From NCBI GenBank assembly GCA_048054495.1, contig JBGMQN010000069.1:83444-141642 (forward strand): a DNA stretch of 58,199 nt, in the 5' to 3' direction. Both the position numbers and the translations under genes were made by a program. This DNA is from Anaerolineales bacterium (GTDB lineage: Bacteria > Chloroflexota > Anaerolineae > Anaerolineales > E44-bin32). Under the pieces are notes generated by a model. The model ran no database searches and was not told the origin of the DNA. It saw only the letters and a program-made list of their open reading frames with translations. Below are positions 29,324-40,672 of the stretch, piece by piece (the stretch's first letter is position 1; the number at the start of each line of letters is the position of its first letter).

Positions 29324-30076
29324 ATGCAGATGACCTTAACTGCCCTGCCGGGGATCCCGTTGATCCGACCTGGGGATGACCTGGCAGGGTTGATTCTCGC
29401 CAGCGCCGAAGAGAGCGGAATCGAGCTAGAGACGGGCGATGTGCTGGCCGTGGCACAGAAGGTCGTATCGAAGGCTGAAAACAGGCTGGTGGATCTGGGC
29501 CAGATCCAGCCTTCGAAACCAGCCTTGAAGCTCGCTGAAGAGGCGCGAAAGGATCCCCGATTGGTTGAGGTGATCCTATCTGAATCCAGGGAAGTGCTTC
29601 GCGTACGCCCCGGCCTGGTCATTGTCGAGCACCGCCTGGGATTCGTGTGTGCGAACGCCGGCGTGGATCACTCGAACGTGGAAGGCCATCAGACCGTGCT
29701 GCTGCTGCCGGAGAATCCCGAGCGATCCGCAAGTGAGATCCGGGAGTCTCTCGAGCGCGCGACTGGCGCATCGCTAGGAGTCCTGATCATCGATTCGCAC
29801 GGACGCGCCTGGCGCATGGGAACGGAGGGAGTCGCCATTGGTGTCAGCGGATTTCCGGCCTTGTTGGACCTAAGGGGTACGCCAGACCTGTTCGGTCGTA
29901 CGCTCAAGGTCACACAAGTAGGTCTGGCGGACGAGATGGCGGCGGCGGCCTCGCTCGTGATGGGGCAGGGCGATGAAGAGCGGCCGGTGGTTCACGTGCG
30001 TGGATTTCCTTATCCACTCCGAGAAGGATCCGTCCAGGAGATCTTGAGGCCTAAGGAATTTGACCTCTTTCGATAG
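29324..30076 (+). CDS. cofE: coenzyme F420-0:L-glutamate ligase
   Basis: LPGIPLIRPGDDLAGLI...GDVLAVAQKVVSKAE is a CofE/FbiB-N signature. Confidence 0.85.
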   Translation: MQMTLTALPGIPLIRPGDDLAGLILASAEESGIELETGDVLAVAQKVVSKAENRLVDLGQIQPSKPALKLAEEARKDPRLVEVILSESREVLRVRPGLVIVEHRLGFVCANAGVDHSNVEGHQTVLLLPENPERSASEIRESLERATGASLGVLIIDSHGRAWRMGTEGVAIGVSGFPALLDLRGTPDLFGRTLKVTQVGLADEMAAAASLVMGQGDEERPVVHVRGFPYPLREGSVQEILRPKEFDLFR

Positions 30077-30144
30077 TGGCAAAGCCAACCCGCTCGCCGC
30101 ACGGAACATCGCTCGCGGCCCTAATTCAGGACTAGGAGCACCCT

Positions 30145-30537
30145 ATGTTCCCTGAGAGTCACCTAGATCTGCTGTCAGATGAGAAACGGGCGGCGGCTTA
30201 CCTGGCAACCCTGATGCCGGATGGGAGTCCGCAGGTCACGCCGGTCTGGTTCTCGTATGAAAACAACCGGCTGAGGATCAACACTAACAGGGGCCGAGTG
30301 AAGGAAAAGAATTTATCGGCCCGGCCTCAAGTTGCCCTGGTGATACAGGATCCAAACGACACCTACCGGTTTATTCAGATCCGCGGAGCAGCTGCCAAGC
30401 CGATCGAGGAAGGAGCGGTCGACCATATTGAACGCTTGTCGCAAAAATATCACGGCGTGCCGTTTCGACCGCTGCGTCCGGGCGAAGTGCGAGTGATTTT
30501 CGAGATCGAGCCGTCTTCGATAAGTACAAACGAATGA
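30145..30537 (+). CDS. PPOX-class (pyridoxamine-5'-phosphate-oxidase fold) probable F420-dependent enzyme
   Basis: LATLMPDGSPQVTPVWFSYENNRLRINT...KEKNL...PQVALVI pattern. AGGAG precedes the ATG. Confidence 0.68.
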   Translation: MFPESHLDLLSDEKRAAAYLATLMPDGSPQVTPVWFSYENNRLRINTNRGRVKEKNLSARPQVALVIQDPNDTYRFIQIRGAAAKPIEEGAVDHIERLSQKYHGVPFRPLRPGEVRVIFEIEPSSISTNE

Positions 30538-31148
30538 GTTCGGGTCCTGCGGAATTTGAAGCCCTGGCAAACAGTCGGAAGTCGGTCCGCGAATTCAGCG
30601 ACGCTCCATTGGAGCTCGAGTTGGTGGATCGGCTGTTGTCCACCGCATGCCAGGCACCCTCGGCGCACAATCGTCAGCCCTGGCGGTTTGCCGTGCTCTG
30701 GGAATTTGATGCTCGAGACAAACTGGCGCGCGCGATGGGGGAGAAGCTGCGCGCGGACCGTCTGTCAGACGGCGAAGATCCGCATGAAATTAAGAAGGAC
30801 ATTGAGCGCTCGTGGAATCGGATCACCGGCGCGCCGGTGGCGATACTCGTATGCCTGACCATGGAGGACATGGACAAGTATCCGGATCGGGAGCGCAGAC
30901 GAGCCGAGTTTCGAATGGCCGTGCAAGGAATTGCCATGGCGGGCGAGAATCTACTGCTCGCGGCCCATGCACACGGGCTGGGAGCGTGCTGGATGTGTGC
31001 CCCGCTCTTCGCCCAGGAGGCTGTGATCGCAGCGCTGGACCTTCCGTCTTCCTGGGAACCTCAAGGCCTGGTGCTCCTCGGCTGGCCGGCCGGCCCGGGG
31101 AGGGCGCAAGCGCGGAGGCCGCTGGAGGAAGTAGCGGTCTACCTGTGA
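30534..31148 (+). CDS. nitroreductase-family protein, FbiB C-terminal-domain-like
   Basis: RKSVREF...[12 protein letters not shown] nitroreductase motif. ATGA overlap with the PPOX gene, and located in the cofE/cofD block. Confidence 0.62.
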   Translation: MSSGPAEFEALANSRKSVREFSDAPLELELVDRLLSTACQAPSAHNRQPWRFAVLWEFDARDKLARAMGEKLRADRLSDGEDPHEIKKDIERSWNRITGAPVAILVCLTMEDMDKYPDRERRRAEFRMAVQGIAMAGENLLLAAHAHGLGACWMCAPLFAQEAVIAALDLPSSWEPQGLVLLGWPAGPGRAQARRPLEEVAVYL

Positions 31149-31174
31149 GGGCCCATGATTGAGGGGACACAATC

Positions 31175-32106
<932 letters not shown>

Positions 32107-32110
<4 letters not shown>

Positions 32111-32718
32111 GCCTCTGGGGCATCGTTCCGGTCAAGGCGCTGGATGAAAGCAAGTCTCGTTTGCGAGGCGTGCTGACCCCAGACCAACGCGTGGAGCTCA
32201 GCCGGGAGATGCTGCTTCACACGCTGCAAGTTCTCTTAGAAATCCCCGAGGTGGAGCGGACACTGGTCGTCAGCGCGGATCCGAAGGTATTGGCTTTGGC
32301 TCGAGAGCATGGGGCCGAGGCCCTGGAAGAGCGGGGCTCCCCCGAGCTTAACAAAGCCCTGAGCCAGGCAACGGCGCTCGCGCAGGATTCGAACGCGAAG
32401 GCGGTCTTGGTGCTGCCAGCGGATCTGCCGCTGATTCAGGCAACGGATGTGAGGGCTTTGATTGAGCTGACGCAGGACCCGCCAGTCGTCGTTATCTCAC
32501 CCGATAGGACACACAGCGGGACGAACGCGCTGTTGGTGGCTCCCCTGGGCAAGTTAGAATATGCCTTCGGGCCGGACAGCTACAATCACCACGTCCGACG
32601 AGCAGAGGTTGCTGGGGCTCGAATTGAGATCATTGAGCTCCCGGCGCTTGGCCTGGATTTAGATGCCCCCGAAGACCTCGAAATTTATCGAAATCGCTTT
32701 GCTCTGATAAAGGAGTAG
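32107..32718 (+). CDS. cofC: 2-phospho-L-lactate / PEP guanylyltransferase
   Basis: [18 protein letters not shown]-terminus. Start set to TTG 32107 (TTGA overlap with the cofD stop). The longer ORF from 31978 overlaps cofD. Confidence 0.78.
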
Positions 32719-32722
32719 GAAT

Positions 32723-33724
32723 TTGGCTGCACGGGTCGCTCTCTATCTGCAAGACGCGCACAACCTGCGCGATGGCTTGCACTACGTTCAGTATGCGGAG
32801 AAGCAGGGCTTTGAGGCTGTCTGGCAGGCCGAATCCAGGCTCGTGCGGGATGCGATTGTGCCCATGGCGGGCTATGCGGCAGTGACCGAGAAACTAAAAG
32901 TGGGTTCGGGCGTAATCAACAACTGGACGCGCAACATCGGACTGCTGGCCGCCACCTTCCTGACCCTGGACGACCTGGCCCCCGGGCGTGTTATCTGTGG
33001 CATCGGCGCATGGTGGGACCCGCTCGCCAAGAATGTAGGAATCGAGCGGAGGAAACCGCTCACCGCCATGCGGGAGACGGTCGAGCTCTTGCGAAGACTG
33101 CTTAATATGGAGCGCGTCACCTTCCATGGTGAATTCCATTCCGTAGATGGGATTGAGTTGGACGTGGTGCACGGGCGCAGGGAGCCACGCGAGGTCCCGA
33201 TCATGATTGGGGCTACCGGGCTGAAGATGATGGAGCTCGCCGGAGAGATCGCCGACGGCGTGGTGCTGAATTACTGCGTTCCACCGGAGTACAACGATGA
33301 GGCGCTGGAGCATTTGGAGATCGGTGCCAGGCGTGCGGGGCGCACGCTGGATGACCTCGACCGACCCCAACTGGTCGTGTGCTCGGTAGACCCGGACCGG
33401 AATAAGGCTTTTGACAGCAGCCGCGAGCTCCTGACGCAATACCTGGCTCAGCAGCCGCACATCGCCAGGGCCAGTGGAGTATCGCAGGAAATCGTGACCG
33501 AGATCCAGTCCATCCTGGGCTGGCCGGCAACGCATGAGCAGATTCAAAAGGCGAAGCATTTAGTTCCCGACGAATTGATCGAGCGCATCACGGCCTCAGG
33601 AACTCCGGAGGAGTCGCGCGCCAAGGTTCAGGAGTACATCGATCACGGCGCTACAACCCCTATCCTCTACCCGGTCGGCGGCGACGTCGAACTTCTGGTG
33701 GACACCTTCAGCCCATTGAGCTGA
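32723..33724 (+). CDS. LLM-class (luciferase-like) F420-dependent oxidoreductase
   Basis: Luciferase-like TIM-barrel pattern ([16 protein letters not shown]..., LGIGAWW-like segment). Lies 4 nt after cofC. Confidence 0.78.
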   Translation: MAARVALYLQDAHNLRDGLHYVQYAEKQGFEAVWQAESRLVRDAIVPMAGYAAVTEKLKVGSGVINNWTRNIGLLAATFLTLDDLAPGRVICGIGAWWDPLAKNVGIERRKPLTAMRETVELLRRLLNMERVTFHGEFHSVDGIELDVVHGRREPREVPIMIGATGLKMMELAGEIADGVVLNYCVPPEYNDEALEHLEIGARRAGRTLDDLDRPQLVVCSVDPDRNKAFDSSRELLTQYLAQQPHIARASGVSQEIVTEIQSILGWPATHEQIQKAKHLVPDELIERITASGTPEESRAKVQEYIDHGATTPILYPVGGDVELLVDTFSPLS

Positions 33725-33739
33725 TCATCGGAGATTTCC

Positions 33740-34222
33740 ATGACAGATACCACCCGACAGCGTACCAAGCAGCCCAATTCAAAATATTGTTTTGTCTGTG
33801 GTGTCGAGAACCATCATGGTCTTCAGCTGGCCTTCTACTACGATGAAAGCGGAACGGTTTATGCGGAAGCGACGGTGCCAGATCAGTTTCAGGGCTATCC
33901 CGGTACCGTGCATGGAGGAATCGTGGCTGCCATGCTGGACGAAGTAGCGACCCGAGCGGCAATGGTGGTGGATCCGAACGCTTTCAAAGTGACCGCGAGG
34001 ATGACTCTCCGCTATCGAAAGAAAGTGCCGACCGGCGAGCCGCTGCAAATGATTGGATGGATCGAACGCGAGAGCGGCAGAGCGTCGAAGGCCGCTGCTG
34101 AGATTCGGCTCCCGGATGGAAGCCTGGGTGCGGAAGTGGAAGCCCTGATGGTCGATTACCCCGATCCGTTTGCCGAGGAGGGCGAACTGGATCGATTGGG
34201 CTGGAAAGTGTATCCGGATTGA
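33740..34222 (+). CDS. PaaI-type hotdog-fold thioesterase
   Basis: CFVCG...HGLQL and GTVHGGIVAAMLDEV motifs. Confidence 0.7.
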   Translation: MTDTTRQRTKQPNSKYCFVCGVENHHGLQLAFYYDESGTVYAEATVPDQFQGYPGTVHGGIVAAMLDEVATRAAMVVDPNAFKVTARMTLRYRKKVPTGEPLQMIGWIERESGRASKAAAEIRLPDGSLGAEVEALMVDYPDPFAEEGELDRLGWKVYPD

Positions 34223-34283
34223 AATCCGTCCGCTGCGGCCTACCCAAACTTTCTCGACGGCCGTCGGACACTTAAGGGGACTC

Positions 34284-35045
34284 ATGACTTCACTCGAATA
34301 CCACCGGCCCCAAACTCTAGATGAAGCTCTTGAGCTTTTGGAAAGAGGCGTGCCGCTGGCCGGCGGCACGTGGCTAACGCCCCGCCTGCGCGGGATCGGG
34401 GCGCTAGTCGATCTGCAGGACCTGGGCCTCGACCGGATTGGGGCCACTGATGCAGCCCTGGTTATTGGCGGGACCGCCACGCTCCAGGGGTTGGTTGAAA
34501 ACTCCGCACTGCTCCCCGACGACCTGGTGCGGGCCGCCCGGCTGGAAGCCGGCTGGAACATCCGAAACAAGGCCACCGTGGCCGGAACGATCGTAACCGG
34601 CGATGGTCGCTCGGCCCTGCTGACCGTCCTGCTGGCTTTAGATGCAGAGCTGGAAGTCGCGCCGGGTGACGAACGCGTCTCGCTGGGCGAATTCCTGGGT
34701 AGGGGCGCCGATCGGACCGACGGCAAGCTGATCACGGCGATCCACGCCGCCAATCCAAGCCGTCTGCGATACGCGCAGGTGGCTCGCTCGCCTGCGGATC
34801 GGCCGCTGCTCTGCGTGGCAGTCGGGGTAGATAGGGCGGAGACCAGGGTGCTGGTCGCGCTCGGTGGCTTCGGACCCCACCCGCAGCTATTGTCACGGGA
34901 CGAGACTTCCGATGCTCAGGAGGCCGCGCAACGGGCTGGGGCCATGTACGCGGATGCCAGCGACCAGTGGGCCAGCGCCGAATATCGCTCCTCCGCGGCT
35001 GCCACGCTCGTAGCCAGGCTGCTAACGGAGGTACATCCGAAATGA
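34284..35045 (+). CDS. molybdenum hydroxylase module B, FAD-binding-type subunit (divergent)
   Basis: MTSLEYHRPQTLDEALELL...LAGGTWL. Start ATG 34284 with AAGGGGA upstream. The second FAD motif is altered (RNKATVAGTIV instead of GGN/AGN). Confidence 0.75.
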   Translation: MTSLEYHRPQTLDEALELLERGVPLAGGTWLTPRLRGIGALVDLQDLGLDRIGATDAALVIGGTATLQGLVENSALLPDDLVRAARLEAGWNIRNKATVAGTIVTGDGRSALLTVLLALDAELEVAPGDERVSLGEFLGRGADRTDGKLITAIHAANPSRLRYAQVARSPADRPLLCVAVGVDRAETRVLVALGGFGPHPQLLSRDETSDAQEAAQRAGAMYADASDQWASAEYRSSAAATLVARLLTEVHPK

Positions 35046-35097
35046 GGCGCACATCCAGGATCATGCTCCGTCATTGCTGCGCGAAGGATTTCCTCCC

Positions 35098-38088
35098 ATG
35101 AAGATCGAATTTAGCCTGAACGGTCAGCCGGTCGAACTGGAGCTTCCCTCATCCACGACGCTGTTAGCGGCTCTGCGCGATAGCCTTGCGGTTTTTGGCG
35201 TCAAACACGGCTGCGAGACCGGGGAGTGCGGCGCCTGTACGGTCCTACTGGATGGACTGCCGGTCAACACCTGCGTGATGCTGGCCGCGCAGGCGGATGG
35301 AAAGGACCTTCAGACCATAGAGGCTGTCGGGCAACACCCCGAACTAGGATGGCGACGCACCGACGGGCTGAGCCCCATTCAGGAGGCATTCGTCGAGACG
35401 GGCGCTATTCAATGCGGATACTGCACCCCTTCTATGGTGCTGGCCGCACAATCACTGATTAGCAACAACCCCACCCCTGACGAGCAAGAGGTTCGCGAGG
35501 CGCTCTCCGGAATACTCTGCCGCTGTACGGGCTACCTGAAGCCGGTTCAGGCCATCCTGCGGGCGGCGGCGGTGCTGCGCGGAGAGACCCCCGAACCCAT
35601 CGACGGCGCGATTCTGGCTCCTCCCGAGCTTTTTGGAATTGAGGATGCGCCCTCCTTAGGCACGCCTGACGCTGGGCCGGAGCTCTTGACGCGCGTGATG
35701 CCGCGTATCAAAGTTGTTCCTGAGGTCGAGTCTCTCCGAATCGTAGGCAAACCGGCGCGTAAAGTCGACGCGGTCAAGCTGGTCCAGGGCAAGCCGGCCT
35801 TTGCAGCGGATATAGAAATGAGGGGGATGCTGACCGCCAAGATCCTGAAGAGCCCATTGGCGCATGCCCGCATCCAGAAGATTGATGCTTCCAAAGCGCG
35901 TGAGCATCCAGGAGTAGCGGCGGTGCTCACTTGGGAAGACCTCCCCCGCGTGGTGTATACCACCGCCGGGCAATCGGATCCCATCCCCGGTCCGCTCGAC
36001 GCATTTTCCTTAGACAACAAGGTGCGCTTCGTGGGCGATCGAGTGGCGCTTGTGGCGGCCGAGACCGAGCAAGCCGCCAAGGAAGCGCTCGAGCTGATCG
36101 AGGTCGAATATGAGGAACTTCCCGCCATCCTGGATCCGCGCAATGCAATGGAGCAGGGCGCGCCGCAGATTCATGATGAGCCGGAATACGTCGATTTTGA
36201 GCAGTCGGATCCCAGCCGCAACCTGGCAGCCGAAATTCGTGTTGATATCGGTGATGTCGAGAAAGGATTCGAGGCGGCGGACCTTATCGTAGAGGGGACC
36301 TATGAGGTCCCCAAGGTTCAGCAGGCGTCCATCGAACCGCATGTGGTTCTTACCTATTGGGACGAGGATGACCGCCTGGTCATCCGCACCAGCACGCAGG
36401 TCCCGTTTCATGTGCGACGGCAGCTGGCACCGGTGCTCGGGCTGCCGCCCAAGCGCATCCGAGTGGTCAAACCCCGCATCGGCGGCGGATTCGGCGGCAA
36501 GCAGGAAGTGATGATCGAAGATGTTGCGGCGCATCTGACGATTGCTACCGGCCGGCCAGTGCGCTTTGAATACACACGGGCAGAGGAGTTCCACGCCGGC
36601 CGATCGCGGCACCCGATGCGCCTGAAGATGAAGACCGGCCTCAAGAAGGACGGCACGATCACCGCCAATGAAATGTACTGCCTGAGCGACACCGGGGCTT
36701 ATGGCTGCCACGCACTGACGGTGGCTGGCAACGCAGGCCACAAAAGCATGGCGCTTTACGTGGGTGACGGCGAATTCCGAGAGGCGCCCAACATTCGCTT
36801 CCACGCCGATGTGGTTTACACCAATACGCCGCCCTCCGGAGCCTACCGCGGCTATGGCGTGCCGCAGGGGTTCTGGGCCGTCGATCGTCATATGGAGACC
36901 ATCGCAAGGCAGCTGGAGCTGGATCCGCTCGAGTTTCGGCTGAAAAACGCGCTCCGAGCGGGAGAAATTCAGCCCTTCAGCACCGCGTGGTCAGAAGGCC
37001 GAGAACCAATACCTGAGATCATCCACACTAATGGTCTGGAAGAGTGCGTGGAGCAGGGAATCGCCGCCTCCGGCTGGGTTGAAAAGTACGGCCGGGAGGA
37101 CTGGCACACGGTCCCCGGAAAGCCCTATCTTCGTCGCGGCATCGGGGTAGCACTGGCAATGCAAGGAACGGCGATTCCCTATTTGGACATGGGCGGCGCA
37201 AGCATCAAGATCAACGACGACGGGTCCTTCAATCTGCTGGTCGGCGCAACCGATCTGGGAACCGGATCCGATACGGTGTTGGTGCAGCAGGCTGCGGAGG
37301 TGCTGGGCGTGCCGCTGGATGACATCGTGATCTACTCTTCCGACACCGATTTCACCCCCTTCGACAAGGGGGCCTATGCCTCCAGTACGACCTACATTTC
37401 CGGCGCAGCCGTCGTCGGAGCCGCGGAACAGGTCGCAGCACGCATTCGAGCTCGAGCCGCCCGTATGCTCTCTAAGCGAGGCGGTGAGCAGGTCAAGCCC
37501 GAGCTGATCACTCTGGCCGACTCTCAAGCCTGGGCTCCGGATGGGCGCTCGGTCACGATGGAAGAGGTGGCACTGAATGCGCTTCATCATGAGCACCAGG
37601 AGCAGATCATGGGCGTAGCGTCCTACGTCTCACCGGTTGCGCCTCCGCCGTTCGTAGCTCAATTTGCAGAAGTGACGGTGGATATCGAGACTGGTCAGGT
37701 GACGGTGGATCGGCTGGTCATAGCGGTAGACTCCGGAGTGATTGTGAATCCACTGACCGCCTCGGGCCAGATCGAAGGGGGTATGACCCAGGCACTGGGC
37801 TATGCGGTGAGTGAAGAGATGCTGTATGACGAGGCGGGCCACCCGCGTGAGGTGGACTTCACCGACTACCATATCTTTTCCGCGCATGAGATGCCCGAGC
37901 TGGAGACCATGTTCATCGAAACCTTCGAGCCTTCCCACCCGTTTGGCGTGAAGGGGGTTGCGGAGATCCCAATGGACGGAGTGGCACCCGCGGTGGGGAA
38001 CGCGGTGCTCGACGCCTGCGGCGCAAGCGTAAACGTCGCGCCGATCACTCCCGAACGGGTCTGGCGCGAGCTGAGGGCGAAAGCCTGA
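35098..38088 (+). CDS. molybdenum hydroxylase module B, fused [2Fe-2S] + molybdopterin-binding subunit
   Basis: CETGECGACTV, CGYCTPS and CRCTGY, followed by GGGFGGKQE, AYRGYGVPQ and KGVAE. Start taken at ATG 35098 (MKIEFSLNGQ). Confidence 0.9.
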   Translation: MKIEFSLNGQPVELELPSSTTLLAALRDSLAVFGVKHGCETGECGACTVLLDGLPVNTCVMLAAQADGKDLQTIEAVGQHPELGWRRTDGLSPIQEAFVETGAIQCGYCTPSMVLAAQSLISNNPTPDEQEVREALSGILCRCTGYLKPVQAILRAAAVLRGETPEPIDGAILAPPELFGIEDAPSLGTPDAGPELLTRVMPRIKVVPEVESLRIVGKPARKVDAVKLVQGKPAFAADIEMRGMLTAKILKSPLAHARIQKIDASKAREHPGVAAVLTWEDLPRVVYTTAGQSDPIPGPLDAFSLDNKVRFVGDRVALVAAETEQAAKEALELIEVEYEELPAILDPRNAMEQGAPQIHDEPEYVDFEQSDPSRNLAAEIRVDIGDVEKGFEAADLIVEGTYEVPKVQQASIEPHVVLTYWDEDDRLVIRTSTQVPFHVRRQLAPVLGLPPKRIRVVKPRIGGGFGGKQEVMIEDVAAHLTIATGRPVRFEYTRAEEFHAGRSRHPMRLKMKTGLKKDGTITANEMYCLSDTGAYGCHALTVAGNAGHKSMALYVGDGEFREAPNIRFHADVVYTNTPPSGAYRGYGVPQGFWAVDRHMETIARQLELDPLEFRLKNALRAGEIQPFSTAWSEGREPIPEIIHTNGLEECVEQGIAASGWVEKYGREDWHTVPGKPYLRRGIGVALAMQGTAIPYLDMGGASIKINDDGSFNLLVGATDLGTGSDTVLVQQAAEVLGVPLDDIVIYSSDTDFTPFDKGAYASSTTYISGAAVVGAAEQVAARIRARAARMLSKRGGEQVKPELITLADSQAWAPDGRSVTMEEVALNALHHEHQEQIMGVASYVSPVAPPPFVAQFAEVTVDIETGQVTVDRLVIAVDSGVIVNPLTASGQIEGGMTQALGYAVSEEMLYDEAGHPREVDFTDYHIFSAHEMPELETMFIETFEPSHPFGVKGVAEIPMDGVAPAVGNAVLDACGASVNVAPITPERVWRELRAKA

Positions 38089-38103
38089 TCCCGGAGGCCT
38101 CGG

Positions 38104-38925
38104 CTGTCGACTCATCGGTTTTTCGCCCGAATTGCAGAGCTTCAGGAGGCCGGGAAGCCTGTGGCAGTGGCCACGGTCGTGCACACAACCGGATCGGTCC
38201 CCAGGCACGAAGGGACCCGCATGCTCATCCATCCCGACGGTCAGATCGAGGGAACCGTGGGGGGCGGCCAGCTCGAGGGCCGCGTGATCCAGGCCGCGCT
38301 GGCGGCCCTGGAGGATGGCCTCCCGAAGAACCTGCATTATAAGTTCCGGGATGTTGAGCAGGGTGACGCGGGTGTCTGTGGCGGAGAGATGGAGGTATTC
38401 GTGGAGGCAGTGAGACCCTCACCTACAGTGGTCGTCGTCGGCGGAGGGCATGTCGGAAGCTCCGTCGCCCATCTGGCCCATTGGCTGGGATTTCGCGTCA
38501 TCGTCTCCGATGACCGTCCCGAATTCGCCACGCCGGAGGCGGTGCCCGGGGCAGATGAGTACATCCAGGGGCCGCTGGCTGAATTGCCCGGCAAGATCAC
38601 TATCACTCCCGAAACCTACCTCATGCTGACAACGCGCGGCGTGCCGGTCGATGTGGACGGCCTGCCACTATTGCTGGACAGTGAGGCCGGATATATCGGA
38701 GTGATTGGATCCAAGCGTCGCTGGGATGCCTGCGCGCAGCAGCTGGCCGAGCGAGGGGTCTCGCAAGAGAAGATCGCGCGGGTTGTGTCTCCGATGGGTC
38801 TCGAACTGAACGCCGAAACGCCGGAGGAAATCGCGATCAGTATGCTGGCCCAGATCATCATGCTGCGCAGGGGCGGCAGTGGCGAGCACATGGCGCACAA
38901 GCCCAAGATTCGGAAACAGGCATGA
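38104..38925 (+). CDS. xdhC: XdhC/CoxI-family molybdenum cofactor insertion chaperone
   Basis: The conserved N-terminal helix FFARIAELQEAGKPVAVATVVHTTGSVPR begins upstream of the first canonical start (GTG 38161). CTG 38104 sits 6 nt after GGAGG (38093-38097). C-terminal Rossmann VVVVGGGHVG. Confidence 0.78.
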   Translation: MSTHRFFARIAELQEAGKPVAVATVVHTTGSVPRHEGTRMLIHPDGQIEGTVGGGQLEGRVIQAALAALEDGLPKNLHYKFRDVEQGDAGVCGGEMEVFVEAVRPSPTVVVVGGGHVGSSVAHLAHWLGFRVIVSDDRPEFATPEAVPGADEYIQGPLAELPGKITITPETYLMLTTRGVPVDVDGLPLLLDSEAGYIGVIGSKRRWDACAQQLAERGVSQEKIARVVSPMGLELNAETPEEIAISMLAQIIMLRRGGSGEHMAHKPKIRKQA

Positions 38926-38958
38926 GGCCCGTGCGACCTAAGGAGCGCTGAGCACACG

Positions 38959-40389
38959 ATGTGGGAGCGCTACCATACCGTTCGTTCCGTGGACGAGGCG
39001 GTCGATCTGCTTGCCAAATACGCCGGCTCGGCGCGCATCGTGGCCGGCGCCACGGATTTGATCCTCGAGATTGAGGGCGGCCTGCGGCCGGACCTGCATG
39101 GCCTGATCGATATCACGCGTATCCCAGGGCTGGATCACATCACTCTGGATGACGATGGATGGATTCACCTCGGCCCGCTCGTCACGCACAACCACTGTGC
39201 CGTTTCTGAGCTGATCATTGAGCGCGCCTACGCGCTCGCCCGTGCCTGCTGGGAGGTAGGCGCCCCGCAGATCCGCAATCGGGGCACGGTTGCGGGAAAC
39301 CTGATCACCGCCTCGCCCGCCAACGATTCGATCACTCCGCTTATGGCGCTCGATGCGCAGGTGACTCTTCGATCCACCTCTGACGAGCGCATAGTCCCGC
39401 TGAAGGACTTCTACACCGGCGTACGCCAGACCGTAATGCAGGACGACGAGTTCATGGCCGACATTGCCTTCCCGGCGCCGCCCGAGGGGAGCCCTTCGAC
39501 GTTCATCAAGCTGGGTTTGCGCCGTGCCCAGGCCATCTCCATCGTCAATATCGCCGCGGTGCTTGAGATGCAAGACGCCCAGGTAGTGGAGGCCTCCATC
39601 GCGTTGGGTTCGGTGAAACCGACGATCGTGCGAGCGGAAGCGGCGGAGGATTACTTGCGAGGTAAAGCGCTCGACGACGAGACCATCCGGCGGGCGAGCG
39701 AACTGGCGGTCGAGGCCGCCTCCCCGATCGACGACGTCCGAGCTTCTGCACGCTACCGAGCGGAGATGGTGCGCGTCTGCACTCGTCGGGCATTGCAGAG
39801 CCTGGCGGACGGAACGGAGCGCGCCGACTATCCCGAGGCTCCCGTCACCCTCTGGGGGCCGGAAGAGCGGCACTGGTCGCGGGAGCTCACCGAGTCGACC
39901 GTACATCCCGGGACGATCGAAACCGTGATCAATGGCCGCCCCTATCAATTCGAATCGGGTTCGGGGAAAACGTTGCTCCGGTTGCTGAGAGAAGAAGGGA
40001 GTCTCACGGGTACTAAGGAGGGCTGTGCGGAGGGTGAGTGTGGGGCTTGCACCGTCGACCTGGACGGCATGGCAGTCATGGCCTGCATGGTCCCTGCTCC
40101 CCGGGCTCACGGCGCCGAGATCCGCACCGTAGAGGGTCTGTCAAGTGATGGCGCGCTGCACCCCATTCAACGGGGATTCATCGAGGCGGGTGCGGTCCAG
40201 TGCGGGTATTGCACTCCGGGATTCCTGATGTCGGGTGCCATGCTGTTGGAGGAGCGTCCCGATCCGGATACTAAGGAGATACGCCAATCCATCACCGGCA
40301 ATCTGTGCCGCTGTACCGGGTATTATTCGATTGTGAGCGCATTCGAACGCGCGGCCGAGCTCAGTAGGGATAGTTCTAATTTGCCGTAG
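38959..40389 (+). CDS. molybdenum hydroxylase module C, fused FAD-binding + [2Fe-2S] subunit
   Basis: IVAGATDLILEI and RNRGTVAGNLITASPANDS in the FAD part. From about nt 39913: CAEGECGACTV, CGYCTPG and CRCTGY. Confidence 0.87.
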   Translation: MWERYHTVRSVDEAVDLLAKYAGSARIVAGATDLILEIEGGLRPDLHGLIDITRIPGLDHITLDDDGWIHLGPLVTHNHCAVSELIIERAYALARACWEVGAPQIRNRGTVAGNLITASPANDSITPLMALDAQVTLRSTSDERIVPLKDFYTGVRQTVMQDDEFMADIAFPAPPEGSPSTFIKLGLRRAQAISIVNIAAVLEMQDAQVVEASIALGSVKPTIVRAEAAEDYLRGKALDDETIRRASELAVEAASPIDDVRASARYRAEMVRVCTRRALQSLADGTERADYPEAPVTLWGPEERHWSRELTESTVHPGTIETVINGRPYQFESGSGKTLLRLLREEGSLTGTKEGCAEGECGACTVDLDGMAVMACMVPAPRAHGAEIRTVEGLSSDGALHPIQRGFIEAGAVQCGYCTPGFLMSGAMLLEERPDPDTKEIRQSITGNLCRCTGYYSIVSAFERAAELSRDSSNLP

Positions 40390-40487
40390 ACGGCGGAAAA
40401 GGCCGCAAATAGAGTGGGAGCTGCCCGGTCGTTCCTTTGCGCATAGCCAATTGCGGTGGACGCGGGCGGACATCAGGTAGTACGAGA

Positions 40488-40589
40488 GACCGTGAAGGTT
40501 TGGGACAGAAGGAGGAGGCAGGACCGCGATGTTTTGGGATAGAAGAAAGACGTAGGACCGCGAAGGTTTGTGGCAGGAGGAGATCGAGA
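40488..40589. repeat. three tandem imperfect 34-nt repeats
   Basis: GACCGTGAAGGTTTGGGACAGAAGGAGGAGGCAG / GACCGCGATGTTTTGGGATAGAAGAAAGACGTAG / GACCGCGAAGGTTTGTGGCAGGAGGAGATCGAGA. About 24-26 of 34 positions are identical pairwise. Confidence 0.75.
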
Positions 40590-40672
40590 CTCGTCTTGCG
40601 GCGGTCGATGGGGATCGAGGCAGGAAATCAATTTGGCTAGTGAGGTTGGGCACCACAGGATGGGAGGGACAC

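Noticed and set aside
38086-38104. An in-frame TGA between the module B large subunit and XdhC, read as a possible selenocysteine or read-through codon in a selenium-associated cluster.
   Set aside because: Selenium in these hydroxylases is a labile cofactor ligand, not Sec. GGAGG followed by CTG at ideal spacing explains XdhC as a separate protein. I saw no obvious SECIS-like hairpin directly after the TGA.
40488-40589. The tandem 34-nt repeats considered as a CRISPR array.
   Set aside because: The units are contiguous with no spacers, only about 70-75% identical, just three copies, and there are no cas genes in the window.
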